This document shows, piece by piece, positions 52,461-61,443 of a DNA stretch of 64,000 nucleotides. The first letter of the stretch is position 1. Each line of letters opens with the position of its first letter. A model generated the notes under the pieces. That model was not told where the DNA came from. It saw only the letters and a program-made list of their open reading frames with translations, and ran no database searches. The position numbers and the translations under genes were made by a program. The stretch covers positions 11,385 to 75,384 of the forward strand of contig CAXRGI010000293.1 in the NCBI GenBank assembly GCA_964229935.1. Reading direction: 5' to 3'. Source of the DNA: Opitutales bacterium (GTDB lineage: Bacteria > Verrucomicrobiota > Verrucomicrobiia > Opitutales > Opitutaceae).

Positions 52461-55073
52461 TCAGTTGGCGGGAGCGATCGTGTAGGTGTGGGCGATCGTC
52501 CGGTTGCGCAGGGAGGCGGTCTCCTGCGTGGGCAAGGCCGCGCGGACGTACTCCACCTTGGCGTTCGCCGGAGAAACCGTGACTCGGAGATGCCCCGAGT
52601 TGGGCAGGATGACGCCCGTGGTGTACTCGCCCTCCCGCGAGCTTCCGGTGGAGAAGTTACCGGTGCCAGGCTGCGGGCACTCCTGGTAGACAACGCCGTC
52701 GAGGGTCTGATAGCCGTAGAAATGGTCGTGGCCGTGGAAAACCGCGCTGACCTTGTTCGCGACCAGCAGCGCGTGGATCGGCTGCCCCCAGCCGGGCCGC
52801 TTTTCCGCGAATCCCTCGGTGCCGTCGAGATTCCTGCCTCCCCACTCGTAACGGTGCGCGGTCTCCACGCCGCCGCGGGCGGAGGTCGTGCCCCCCACCA
52901 GATGGTGGAGGAAGAGGAACTTGTAACGCGCGCGACTGCCCTCGAGCGTGCGCTTGAGCCAGTCGTATTGCGTCCGCCCAAGGGTCCAGCGCCAGTTGTC
53001 GGGCGGGTTGGAATTGGGATTCTGCGTGGTGTTTCCGAATGGATCGAGCACCACGAACAGGGCCTCGCCCCACTCCCAGGCGTAGTAATTCTCCAGCAGC
53101 TCGTCCTTGCCGGCCACCTGCCGGGTTTCCCGGCTGCCGGAGTAGAAGGCGTCGGGCACCGGCGTCGGGTAGTAGAGCTTCCGGGCAAGCAAGTTCCAGG
53201 AGCTGTTGTTGCTGTTACGCGCGGTCGTTCGGTCGGCCTCGTACACGTAGCGGTACTCCGCCTCGTGGTTGCCCAGGGTGTAGAAGAACGGGACGGAGTG
53301 GCAGAGCTCCTCGAAGTAGGCGCGCAGCGCCACCGCGCGGTATTCCACCGCATCATAGTTCAGCTGAATCCCGGGCAGGATCGTCGCGAGTTTGTCCGTC
53401 ATGAAGATGTCCCCGAGGTCGACGTGGAAATCCGGGGCGTCGGCCCCCATGTTGCGCATCGCGAGCCGGAGCAGGCCGGGATTCGTCACCTCATCGAGAT
53501 GGGGATCGGCGGTGACGGTGAAGGTGAAGGTCTCCCCGCGCGGGCGTTGCGTGCGAAAACTGCGTTCCCCGCGGGCGCGGAAGACCGACTCCCCTGGCGC
53601 GCGGTAGCGGACCCGGTAGAAATAACGGCGGTTCGACTCGAGCGGCGCGGCGGGGTCGGCCGATTGCAGCGTGATCTCGATGGGCGTGCCTCCGGGGTAG
53701 GTGGCCGCCGAGGTGCGGCCCGTGTAGACCCCGGACACGGTGCCGTACTCCGCGTAAACCTCGAGCGTCGCCGAGGCCTCGAGGTTGAGCGCCACGCTCT
53801 TCTGCGTCGGGATCCCGAGAAACTCCGCCGAGGTGAAAAGGGCATCGGTGAGCTGGCTGCCCACCAGGTAGGCGTTGGTCGCGCTGGTCGCGGACCCTCC
53901 CCGGTCATCGCGCGCCGCGACCGTGTACGAAACGGTCGCGCCCGCGGGCTGGACGGGAATCACGGCGCCGTACACGCCGTCCCCTGCCGCCCCGTCGCCG
54001 CTCCGGCCGTCGTCGGCCATCGGGAGCGACACCGGCGCGCCGCCGGCCGCATAGGAGAGCCGCACCTCGGTGACCTTCGCCCCGGCGGGGGCCTGCACCA
54101 GGGCCGTGACAGTGGTGGCGTCGAGAAAGTTGGGCGCGGCCGGCGCAGTCGTCACCGCGGAAACGACGAAACCCGCCGTCGAGGACGCGGCCGGGGCGGG
54201 CGTCTCGCTGTAGAGCTCCACCAGAGCCGTGCCGGTGCCGTTGTTCACCCCGCTGACCACCGCGGAGTAGGAACCGGCGGGGAGCGAGACGAGGAGCGCG
54301 GCGTCGCGGCTGCCCGCCGGGAGGTTGAAGGCCCCGAAGGCCGCGCCCGCCGCCGCGATCTCGGCCGCATTCGCCGCCGCGGACCAGTTGTCGTTGGAAC
54401 CCAGCGCCGAGTTGCCCCGGTACAGCGTGAGGGTGGGATCGTTCAGCACGCCGCCCACCCCGAAGGAGGCGAGCGTCGGACCCACCGCCCGGATGAGCAC
54501 CTTCACGGCCCCGGGACCGCTGATCACGAAACCGGGGATGAGGACGTTGTCTCCCGTGCCGACGAACGCGCGGGTGGAAGCGTTCACCAAATAGGACGAG
54601 CCGGTCGGCGAGGCGTCATAGGTCTCCAGCAGGACGACCCCGCTGGTTCCCTCGGGAGCCGTGACGGGGGCCGTGAACGGACCGGGGGCCACGGGCAGCA
54701 CCAAAGCGGCGTCCCGGCTGCCGTTCGCGAAGGCGAAGGCGCCGACGCCGCCCATGACGCCCGCGTCGGACGGCAGCCAGTTGTCGTTGCTCGCCACGAC
54801 GGAGCCTCCGCTGACGAGGCCGAGCCGCGGATCCGCGAGCGCGTTGCCTACGCCGAAGGCGGAAAGCGCGGGCCCGGCGGCGCGCACGATCACCTGCTTC
54901 TGGCCCGTGCCCGCCACCACGAAGCCCGGGATGGGCGTGCCCGCGGTGCCGCCCAGGGCCACGCGCGCGGAGACGTTGACGAGGCGCGCGGAGGAGGGTT
55001 CGGCGGCGGACACGATCGCGAGGAACCGGAGGAAAAGGATCGCGGCCAGAAAAGGGGTGAGGCGTGGGTGCAC
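52461..55073 (-). CDS. secreted protein: 2x LxNxSxR repeat + DDG-motif Ig-like domain + metallophosphoesterase
   Basis: LVNVSAR and LVNASTR; MADDGRSGDGAAGDGVY; ADPH, LGDIF, GNHE, LHH, GHDH. Confidence 0.88.
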   Translation of the reverse strand: MHPRLTPFLAAILFLRFLAIVSAAEPSSARLVNVSARVALGGTAGTPIPGFVVAGTGQKQVIVRAAGPALSAFGVGNALADPRLGLVSGGSVVASNDNWLPSDAGVMGGVGAFAFANGSRDAALVLPVAPGPFTAPVTAPEGTSGVVLLETYDASPTGSSYLVNASTRAFVGTGDNVLIPGFVISGPGAVKVLIRAVGPTLASFGVGGVLNDPTLTLYRGNSALGSNDNWSAAANAAEIAAAGAAFGAFNLPAGSRDAALLVSLPAGSYSAVVSGVNNGTGTALVELYSETPAPAASSTAGFVVSAVTTAPAAPNFLDATTVTALVQAPAGAKVTEVRLSYAAGGAPVSLPMADDGRSGDGAAGDGVYGAVIPVQPAGATVSYTVAARDDRGGSATSATNAYLVGSQLTDALFTSAEFLGIPTQKSVALNLEASATLEVYAEYGTVSGVYTGRTSAATYPGGTPIEITLQSADPAAPLESNRRYFYRVRYRAPGESVFRARGERSFRTQRPRGETFTFTVTADPHLDEVTNPGLLRLAMRNMGADAPDFHVDLGDIFMTDKLATILPGIQLNYDAVEYRAVALRAYFEELCHSVPFFYTLGNHEAEYRYVYEADRTTARNSNNSSWNLLARKLYYPTPVPDAFYSGSRETRQVAGKDELLENYYAWEWGEALFVVLDPFGNTTQNPNSNPPDNWRWTLGRTQYDWLKRTLEGSRARYKFLFLHHLVGGTTSARGGVETAHRYEWGGRNLDGTEGFAEKRPGWGQPIHALLVANKVSAVFHGHDHFYGYQTLDGVVYQECPQPGTGNFSTGSSREGEYTTGVILPNSGHLRVTVSPANAKVEYVRAALPTQETASLRNRTIAHTYTIAPAN

Positions 55074-55117
55074 GGGAAAAGGTGACCGGAAAAGATGAAG
55101 CGGCGGGCGGAGCCTGG

Positions 55118-55133
55118 ATTAAAAGTTGTTCAT
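55118..55133 (-). promoter_or_regulatory. response-regulator-type box 2
   Basis: Transcribed strand ATGAACAACTTTTAAT, 19 nt, then TCAT (55098-55095). Confidence 0.78.
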
Positions 55134-55163
55134 GCAAGGGGCGTCCGGGCGCGGCCCCGGGCC

Positions 55164-56189
55164 TCACCGGGGCTCACCCCGTCGCGCGCCACCCGCCTTG
55201 CCCGACTCCCCTCCCCGGCGGCGGGCGAGTCCGGGATCAACGGGCGGTTTATCACGCGCACCAGCCACCGCGGTTCCGCCGCGCACCGCCCGCACCAGGA
55301 GCCGCTCGCCCTTCAAGGCATGCGTCGCGATGCCGGTGGCAAAGGAGACCTGCCATGCGCGCTCGGGGCGGTTATTCTCGCTGGTGGCAGACCAATGGGC
55401 CCCGGGAGCCGCGTCGGGAAACCACTCCGGAGACAACGGCCGCGATGCTCCGTCATCGCAAAGCGAGCGCAGTTCCTTGATGTTCGGCAGCCGCCATTCC
55501 CCGCTCCCGCCCAGATTCAGGCGCGCGCAGTAGGCCAGCGCTTCCTCCCAAGTCATAGCCTCGGCGGGCGCCTCGCGCTGCCAGACCAACCCCGTCGCCT
55601 CGTCCGCGACTGTCCCCGGCGCCCCCGCGCGCAGACGGGGACCCTCGGCTGGCGCCGCGCCACGCACGCAGAGCGCATGGAATCGCTTCGCGCCGCCCGC
55701 GCTGATCGTCTCGCGCACCGGATGGGGACCGATTCCTCCTCCGGCGTTGGCCACCCAGACGCGGGATTCGTCCCCGGCGCGGTTCGTGGCTGACCACCAG
55801 TACTCCGCCGCGGTGCGAGTGAAACCCGCGGGATCGAGGGCCGGCCGGCTTCGCCCGTGATTGAGCACCGCGAACAACTCCTGGCTTGTGGGCAACCGCC
55901 AGTCCGCGTGGCCGGCCAGCCGTAGGTCGCGCGCATGGGCCCGCGCCGCTTCCCAGGTCATCTCCCCGCCGTCGCTCCGCTGCCACATGAGTCCGGTGAT
56001 CTCGTCGGTCACGGTGCCGTCGCCGTTGTCCCGCATTCGGGGTCCCGCGCCCGCGAAGTCGGAATCCTCGCCGAATGTCCGCGTATGGCGGGCGGTCTGC
56101 CCGGTATCGGGCAGCGGGCCGCCGGAAACAGTCGCGACGGCAAGGAGCAGGAGCCAGATGGAACCATTGGTCCGGAGTCGTGGTTTCAC
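55164..56189 (-). CDS. secreted 2x DUF1566 (Lcl C-terminal-like) protein
   Basis: Signal peptide; LPDTGQ..FGEDSD, DNGDGTVTD.ITGLMW..DWRLP, D.ATGLVW..EWRLPNIKEL. Confidence 0.88.
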   Translation of the reverse strand: MKPRLRTNGSIWLLLLAVATVSGGPLPDTGQTARHTRTFGEDSDFAGAGPRMRDNGDGTVTDEITGLMWQRSDGGEMTWEAARAHARDLRLAGHADWRLPTSQELFAVLNHGRSRPALDPAGFTRTAAEYWWSATNRAGDESRVWVANAGGGIGPHPVRETISAGGAKRFHALCVRGAAPAEGPRLRAGAPGTVADEATGLVWQREAPAEAMTWEEALAYCARLNLGGSGEWRLPNIKELRSLCDDGASRPLSPEWFPDAAPGAHWSATSENNRPERAWQVSFATGIATHALKGERLLVRAVRGGTAVAGARDKPPVDPGLARRRGGESGKAGGARRGEPR

Positions 56190-56234
56190 CCCTCCATCAG
56201 GCGCCCGGCGGATGAACCGCGGGCCCGCGCCCGG

Positions 56235-56250
56235 GTTAAAATCCTTTCAT
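56235..56250 (-). promoter_or_regulatory. response-regulator-type box 3
   Basis: Transcribed strand ATGAAAGGATTTTAAC, 19 nt, then TCAT (56215-56212). Confidence 0.75.
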
Positions 56251-56272
56251 CCGCTTCACCGCCCGCCCGGGG

Positions 56273-56288
56273 ATTAACATCTTTTAAT
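56273..56288 (+). promoter_or_regulatory. response-regulator-type box 4, upstream of the regulator gene
   Basis: ATTAACATCTTTTAAT, followed by TTGCGC-N16-GCTCAT before the GTG start. Confidence 0.7.
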
Positions 56289-56333
56289 TTTTGGCCGCTT
56301 GCGCCGGTTCCCCGCGACCCGCTCATTGCCGGA

Positions 56334-57029
56334 GTGAAGATCCTGGTGCTCGAGGACGACCGGAAGCTGGCGGCGCTGGTCCGCAAAGGGCTCGAGGCGC
56401 AGGGCTTCGCGGTGGACTTCTGCCACCATGGCGACGACGCCTTCGCGCTCGCGTCGACCCGCTCCTACGACGCGCTGGTGCTGGACATCATGGTCCCGGG
56501 CCGGGACGGGCTCAGCATCCTGCGGAACCTGCGGGACCGCCGGATCGCCGTGCCCGTGGTGCTCGTCACCGCCCGCAGCGCGCTCAACGAGCGCCTGGAG
56601 GGCCTGAACCTCGGCGCCGACGATTACCTCACGAAGCCGTTCTATGTGGACGAGCTGATCGCGCGGCTCCACGCCGTCGCCCGGCGCGCCGCCGGCAACG
56701 CGCTCACGCTCCTCCAGAACGGCGCCGTCACCGTGAATCTCATCACCCGCGAGGTCCTGCGTTCGGGCAAGCCCGTGGAGCTCACCGCCCGCGAGTTCTC
56801 CCTGCTCACCTACCTGATGCGGTCGCCGGGCCAGACCTTCACCCGGGCGCAGATCTGCGAGCATGTCTGGAACTATCACTTCGATCCGGGCACCAATCTG
56901 GTGGATGTCTACGTGCAGCGTCTCCGGCGGAAACTCCAGGACGGGGAGGAAAATCCGCTGATCGGAACGGTGCGCGGCGTGGGCTACCGCGCGCGCGCCC
57001 TTCCCTCCTCTCCCCGCGCCGGAGCATGA
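56334..57029 (+). CDS. OmpR-family response regulator (CusR/CzcR-like)
   Basis: ILVLEDD, LDIMVPGRDG, GADDYLTKPF, LTAREFSLL, VW.YHFDPGTNLVDVYV.RLR.K, TVRGVGY. Confidence 0.93.
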   Translation: MKILVLEDDRKLAALVRKGLEAQGFAVDFCHHGDDAFALASTRSYDALVLDIMVPGRDGLSILRNLRDRRIAVPVVLVTARSALNERLEGLNLGADDYLTKPFYVDELIARLHAVARRAAGNALTLLQNGAVTVNLITREVLRSGKPVELTAREFSLLTYLMRSPGQTFTRAQICEHVWNYHFDPGTNLVDVYVQRLRRKLQDGEENPLIGTVRGVGYRARALPSSPRAGA

Positions 57030-58483
57030 CCTCTTTCCGCGTCAGGCTGGCCCTCCTGGTCGGCCTCTCCACCGCCGCGCTGCTCCTGGCAGCCGCCTTC
57101 CTCGCCTGGAACCTCACCTCGGACCTCAACCTCGAGCGGCTGGACCGCAGCCTGCAGCAAATCGCGCGCGCCAACCTCGGGCGGGTGGCGGACGGCAGTC
57201 ACTGGGGCCGTCTGGACGCCGCGTTCGGCGTCGTCTCGGGCCGCGACAGCACGCCCGCCTACGTGGTCTGGGTGCGGAACAACGACCGCGTGGTCTACCG
57301 TTCGACCGGTTGGCCGGCGGAACTGCGGGCGGAGGACTTTGCCGCGGCCGAAACGTACGAGGGCGGGCGCGTCATCACCGACCCGCCGCCACCGCCGCGC
57401 AAAACGGGCCTCTCCGCCAGCAATCCCCCACTGCCGGTGCGGGATCCCCGGCTACTGACCGTCGCCGCGGGCACCGGAAGCTGGCGGGTCCTCGTCACGG
57501 GCAATCCGTACACGCGGTTGGTGCTGGCCGCCAATCTTGACGAGGCCAACGAGGACCTGCTGCGGCTTCGCCAACGCTTTCTGGCCGTGCTCCCGCTCAT
57601 CCTCCTCGTGGTCGGGTTGGCGGCGTGGTGGCTCGCGACCCGCGCCCTCGGCCCGGTGACCGCCCTGACCCGCGCCGCCGAGGGGATCACCGCCCAGGGA
57701 CTCAGCCAGCGCATCTCCGCCCCCGCCCACGACCGGGAATTCGAGCGGCTTGTGACCGTCTTCAACGGGATGCTCGACCGCCTCGAGCAATCGTTCCACC
57801 AGGCCCGGCGTTTCAGCGCCGACGCCTCGCACGAGCTCAAAACGCCGCTCGCCCTGCTGCAGGCCGAGCTGGAGCAGGCGCTCCACGCCGCCCCCTCCGG
57901 TTCCCCGCAGCAGCAGCTTTGCTCCAGTCTCCTCGAGGAGATCCACCGCCTGAAGGCCATCCTCGAGAAACTGCTGCTCCTGTCCCTTGCCGACAGCGGC
58001 CGCCTCTCCCTGGAGCGCGCCGACGTCGATCTCGCCGCCGTGATCCGGGACGTGCTGGAGGACGGCGCCGCGCTCGCACCCACCCTCCGCATCGAGCCGG
58101 AAATCCCCGAACACCTCGACGTCCCGGCCGACCGGGTTCTCGTGGAGCAGGCGCTCCACAACCTCGTGGGCAACGCGGTGAAGTACAACCGGGCCGGTGG
58201 TGTGGTGCGGGTGGCGCTGGCCCGCCGGGGGGACGTCGCGGAACTGCGGGTGGGCAACACGGGGCCCGGGCTGGGTGACACCGAACGCCAGCGGCTGTTC
58301 GAGCGGTTTTACCGCGGGGACCCCGCGCGCACCCGTGGCCGCGCCGGCGGCACCGGCCTGGGACTGAGCCTCTCCCGCGAGATCCTGCGCGCCCACGGCG
58401 GCGACCTCGTGCTCGGGCGCACCGAAACCGATTTCACGGAATTCGTCGCCACTCTGCCCGCGGCCGCGCCCCGGAGCAGCTGA
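57026..58483 (+). CDS. sensor histidine kinase (two TM, HAMP, HisKA, HATPase; CusS/CzcS-like)
   Basis: FNGMLDRLE.SF..ARRFSADASHELKTPL, NLVGNAVKY, NTGPG, GTGLGLS. Confidence 0.93.
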   Translation: MTSFRVRLALLVGLSTAALLLAAAFLAWNLTSDLNLERLDRSLQQIARANLGRVADGSHWGRLDAAFGVVSGRDSTPAYVVWVRNNDRVVYRSTGWPAELRAEDFAAAETYEGGRVITDPPPPPRKTGLSASNPPLPVRDPRLLTVAAGTGSWRVLVTGNPYTRLVLAANLDEANEDLLRLRQRFLAVLPLILLVVGLAAWWLATRALGPVTALTRAAEGITAQGLSQRISAPAHDREFERLVTVFNGMLDRLEQSFHQARRFSADASHELKTPLALLQAELEQALHAAPSGSPQQQLCSSLLEEIHRLKAILEKLLLLSLADSGRLSLERADVDLAAVIRDVLEDGAALAPTLRIEPEIPEHLDVPADRVLVEQALHNLVGNAVKYNRAGGVVRVALARRGDVAELRVGNTGPGLGDTERQRLFERFYRGDPARTRGRAGGTGLGLSLSREILRAHGGDLVLGRTETDFTEFVATLPAAAPRSS

Positions 58484-58496
58484 GGCTCCGCGCGGC

Positions 58497-59999
58497 TCAG
58501 CGACCCCGGACCTCGTAACGGTGGGTTACGGCGCCGGTGCGGCGCGTGGCGTTTTCCGCGGAGTCGGGATACGCCCGCACGTACTCGACCACCGCGCGTT
58601 CAGGGTCCACCGCGACGCGGAGGATACCCGACGCGCCCTGCTTCACGCCGCTCTTGTAGCCGTACTCCTCGAGGCTGCGGATGTTGTCGAAACGCTGGTG
58701 CCCGGGCTGCGGCACAAGCTGATAGATGATGCCGTCACGCTCCTGCTGCACGTAGAGGTGGTCGTGACCGTGGAAGACAATCGCGGGTCCCCGGCGCACG
58801 AGCAGGTCGTGGATCGGCGCCTCCCAACCCGGGCGCTTCTGGGCGAACGTGTTCCGGCCGTCGAGTTCACGGCCGCCCCACTCGAAGAAAAACGACGCCT
58901 CGGAGCCGCCGCGGCCCTCGGGGGTCTCCCCGCCCACCAGATGGTGCAGGAAAACGAAGGTGTGGCGCGCGCGGCTCGTCGCGAGCGTGCGCCGCAGCCA
59001 CTCGTACTGCTCCCGGCCGAGCGTCCGGTTCCAGTTGTCGCCCCGCCCGCCGCCCCCGCGCTCGCCGCGCGAGGAGTACCAGTACGGGTCCAGTGCGATG
59101 AAGAGGGCGTCGCCCCACTCCCAGGCGTAGTAATTCTGCAGCAGGCCCAGTTCCGGGTGCGCGGTGCCGTTGCCGGTGTAGAAGGCGTCCGGCACCGGAT
59201 TGGGAAAATACCGCTTCCGCATCCCGTTCGACCATGCGGCCATCGAATCGGGGCCGGAACCGCCGCGCGCGGGCTGCTCGCCGTCGTGGTTGCCGAGCAC
59301 GAGGAACACCGGCGCGCTGTGCCCCACGAGGCTGAAGTAGTGGCGCTGCGCAAGATACTGGGGCGCGGCGTCCGTGAACTTCAGATACTTGTCCACCATG
59401 AACGTGTCGCCGAGGTCGACGTGGAAATCCGTCCGCGCCGCGAGCGCGTTGGCGAGCGACTTGCGGTACACCGCGGGATCCGTGCCAAAATCGAGGTGCG
59501 GATCGGCCTGCACGGTGAAGGTGAACGCCGCCCCCGCCGGACGCGCCGTGTGAAAGCTGCGCTCCGGCGTGCGCTCGAATTCACCGGATCCCCCACTCCG
59601 CGAGCGGAACTCGTAAAACACGCGGGCGTTGGCCGGCAGGCCGGTAAGAGCCACCTCCACCGGCTCCCCCGCCGCGAAACGCCGCGGCGGCGTGATCTTG
59701 GCCAGCTGTCCCGGGGCAAAACCGTACGCCACCTGCCCCTCCCGCGCCTGATAGCAGAGCACGCTGAGCACCGCGGAATCGCGGGTCGGACGGCCGAGGA
59801 TCAGGTCGTACTCCAGCGCCGGAACTTCCGTGCGGAAGGCGGGCGTGGGCATCCTGGCCTCGCCGCGGCCCTGACCGCCTCCGCCACCACCGCCTCCCTT
59901 GCGGCCACCATCGGCCCGCGGCTCACCGGCGCACAATGCCGCGGCGACCGTCAACCCCAACACCCACGCCAGCCGGGGACACTTCGTGACAACGTTCAT
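58497..59999 (-). CDS. secreted calcineurin-like metallophosphoesterase (free form)
   Basis: Signal peptide; ILGRPT; ADPH, LGDTF, GNHD, LHH, GHDH; paralog of 48058 and 52461. Confidence 0.88.
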   Translation of the reverse strand: MNVVTKCPRLAWVLGLTVAAALCAGEPRADGGRKGGGGGGGGQGRGEARMPTPAFRTEVPALEYDLILGRPTRDSAVLSVLCYQAREGQVAYGFAPGQLAKITPPRRFAAGEPVEVALTGLPANARVFYEFRSRSGGSGEFERTPERSFHTARPAGAAFTFTVQADPHLDFGTDPAVYRKSLANALAARTDFHVDLGDTFMVDKYLKFTDAAPQYLAQRHYFSLVGHSAPVFLVLGNHDGEQPARGGSGPDSMAAWSNGMRKRYFPNPVPDAFYTGNGTAHPELGLLQNYYAWEWGDALFIALDPYWYSSRGERGGGGRGDNWNRTLGREQYEWLRRTLATSRARHTFVFLHHLVGGETPEGRGGSEASFFFEWGGRELDGRNTFAQKRPGWEAPIHDLLVRRGPAIVFHGHDHLYVQQERDGIIYQLVPQPGHQRFDNIRSLEEYGYKSGVKQGASGILRVAVDPERAVVEYVRAYPDSAENATRRTGAVTHRYEVRGR

Positions 60000-61441
60000 C
60001 GCTGTTTTCCTCCTCCGCCCCCGCCGCCTTTGCCGCCACCCTTGCCTCCCCGACGCTCGCCGCCTTCGCGCGGATCGTTCGGATCGGACGCCTTGGCCGG
60101 ATCATAATCGGGATTCGGCCGCGCCATCTGCGCGCTCACCTCCTTGAGATAAGCGTCGAGCCGCGCCCCGAGTTCCGCCGCTTTCTCCGGCATGCTTCCG
60201 GCCAGATTCCGCGATTCTCCGGGATCCTTCTCCAGCTCGAATAGACGCGTCTGCTTCGTCTCGTAATTGCGGATGAGTTTGTAGCCGCCGAGCAGGATGG
60301 CCGTGGCGGGACCGCCGTTCCCGAGATCGTAGTGCGGAAAGTGGAAAACCAGCTCCTCCCGCGTGCGCCGCACCGCCCCGCGGCCGGCGGGATCCCGCAG
60401 CACCGCCACGAGGCTGCCGCCCTCCACCCCCGCCGGCAGCGGCGTCTTCGCGCCCGCGAGCTCCGCGATCGTCGGCAGGATATCGCAGGCCGTCGCCGGC
60501 ACCCGGGAGCAGACGTCGCCCGCGATGCCGGGACCGCTGATGAGAAACGGCACGCGCAAACCGCCCTCGAGCACCGAGCCCTTGCCGCCCGAAAGGGGCG
60601 CATTGTTCGTGCGGCCCTGCCCTCCGTGGTCGGCCGTGTAGAAGATGTACGTCGATCCCGTCAGCCCGAGCCGTTCGATGCCGTCGAGCAGCAGGCCGAA
60701 GGTCTTGTCGATCTCATCGGCGTCGGCCGTGGCGGAATCGCGCCCGGGCCGCGCACCTTCCTTCCGCTCCTGGTTGGGATAATGCGAGAGCTGCAGGTAG
60801 AACGGTTTCCCGGCGGCCTTGGCCTTCGCCATGAACGCGATGCCGCGCTCGGTCATGCCGAAGGCCTGCTTCGGATTGGGGCTGGCGACGTTGTCGGGAC
60901 CGCCATTCGAGGTCGCGCCGTCGCTCGCGTCGAAACCATGCCGCGCCGGATCGGTCCGCCCGACGTGCCACTTGCCGAAATGGGCCGTGGTGTAGCCGTT
61001 CTCCTTCAGCAACTCGGCGACCGTGAGTTCCCCCGTCGGCATCTCCAGCAACGGCTCCGGCGGAATGAGCGCGGTCCGCGGCGTGCCGCCGTCGCGTCCG
61101 GCACCCACGTAGGTCATGCGCAGCGCGGCCGGACCCCGGCCGGTGAACAGGGCCGCGCGCGAAGGGGTGCACCGCGGGGACAGCGCGTAGCCGTAGGTGA
61201 AGCGCATCCCGCTCCGCGCCAGCCGCTCCAGCGCCGGCGTGCTGAAGACCCGGCTGCGCGAGGCCGGCACCCGGTCGTCCATCTGCACCGAGGTCTGCGC
61301 CCAACCCTGGGCCTCGGCCATCAACACCACGAAATTCGGCGGCGCCGCGTCGGCGGCTCGCATCGCGCCGGTCGAGCTACCCGCTAGCACGAGCGATGTG
61401 AGCACCGCCCGTCCGAACCGTCTCCTGGTCATGATCATCAT
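59996..61441 (-). CDS. sulfatase-family protein, possible Tat substrate
   Basis: TRRRF signal; CTPSRAALFTG; GKWH; ADHG; first metal motif reads AEAQGW instead of DDxGW. Confidence 0.85.
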   Translation of the reverse strand: MMIMTRRRFGRAVLTSLVLAGSSTGAMRAADAAPPNFVVLMAEAQGWAQTSVQMDDRVPASRSRVFSTPALERLARSGMRFTYGYALSPRCTPSRAALFTGRGPAALRMTYVGAGRDGGTPRTALIPPEPLLEMPTGELTVAELLKENGYTTAHFGKWHVGRTDPARHGFDASDGATSNGGPDNVASPNPKQAFGMTERGIAFMAKAKAAGKPFYLQLSHYPNQERKEGARPGRDSATADADEIDKTFGLLLDGIERLGLTGSTYIFYTADHGGQGRTNNAPLSGGKGSVLEGGLRVPFLISGPGIAGDVCSRVPATACDILPTIAELAGAKTPLPAGVEGGSLVAVLRDPAGRGAVRRTREELVFHFPHYDLGNGGPATAILLGGYKLIRNYETKQTRLFELEKDPGESRNLAGSMPEKAAELGARLDAYLKEVSAQMARPNPDYDPAKASDPNDPREGGERRGGKGGGKGGGGGGGKQR

Positions 61442-61443
61442 GG

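Noticed and set aside
43031-55073. Repeated DNA segments as a CRISPR array or diversity-generating retroelement (DUF1566 is a known DGR target fold)
   Set aside because: The repeats are diverged protein-domain paralogs; no reverse transcriptase, no adenine-specific TR/VR pair and no repeat-spacer periodicity seen
50613-55085. 1490-aa plus-strand ORF and other long antisense ORFs (23528-26509, 44835-46991, 31870-33540, 58521-60107)
   Set aside because: Shadow frames opposite well-supported genes; expected in high-GC DNA and lacking recognisable motifs
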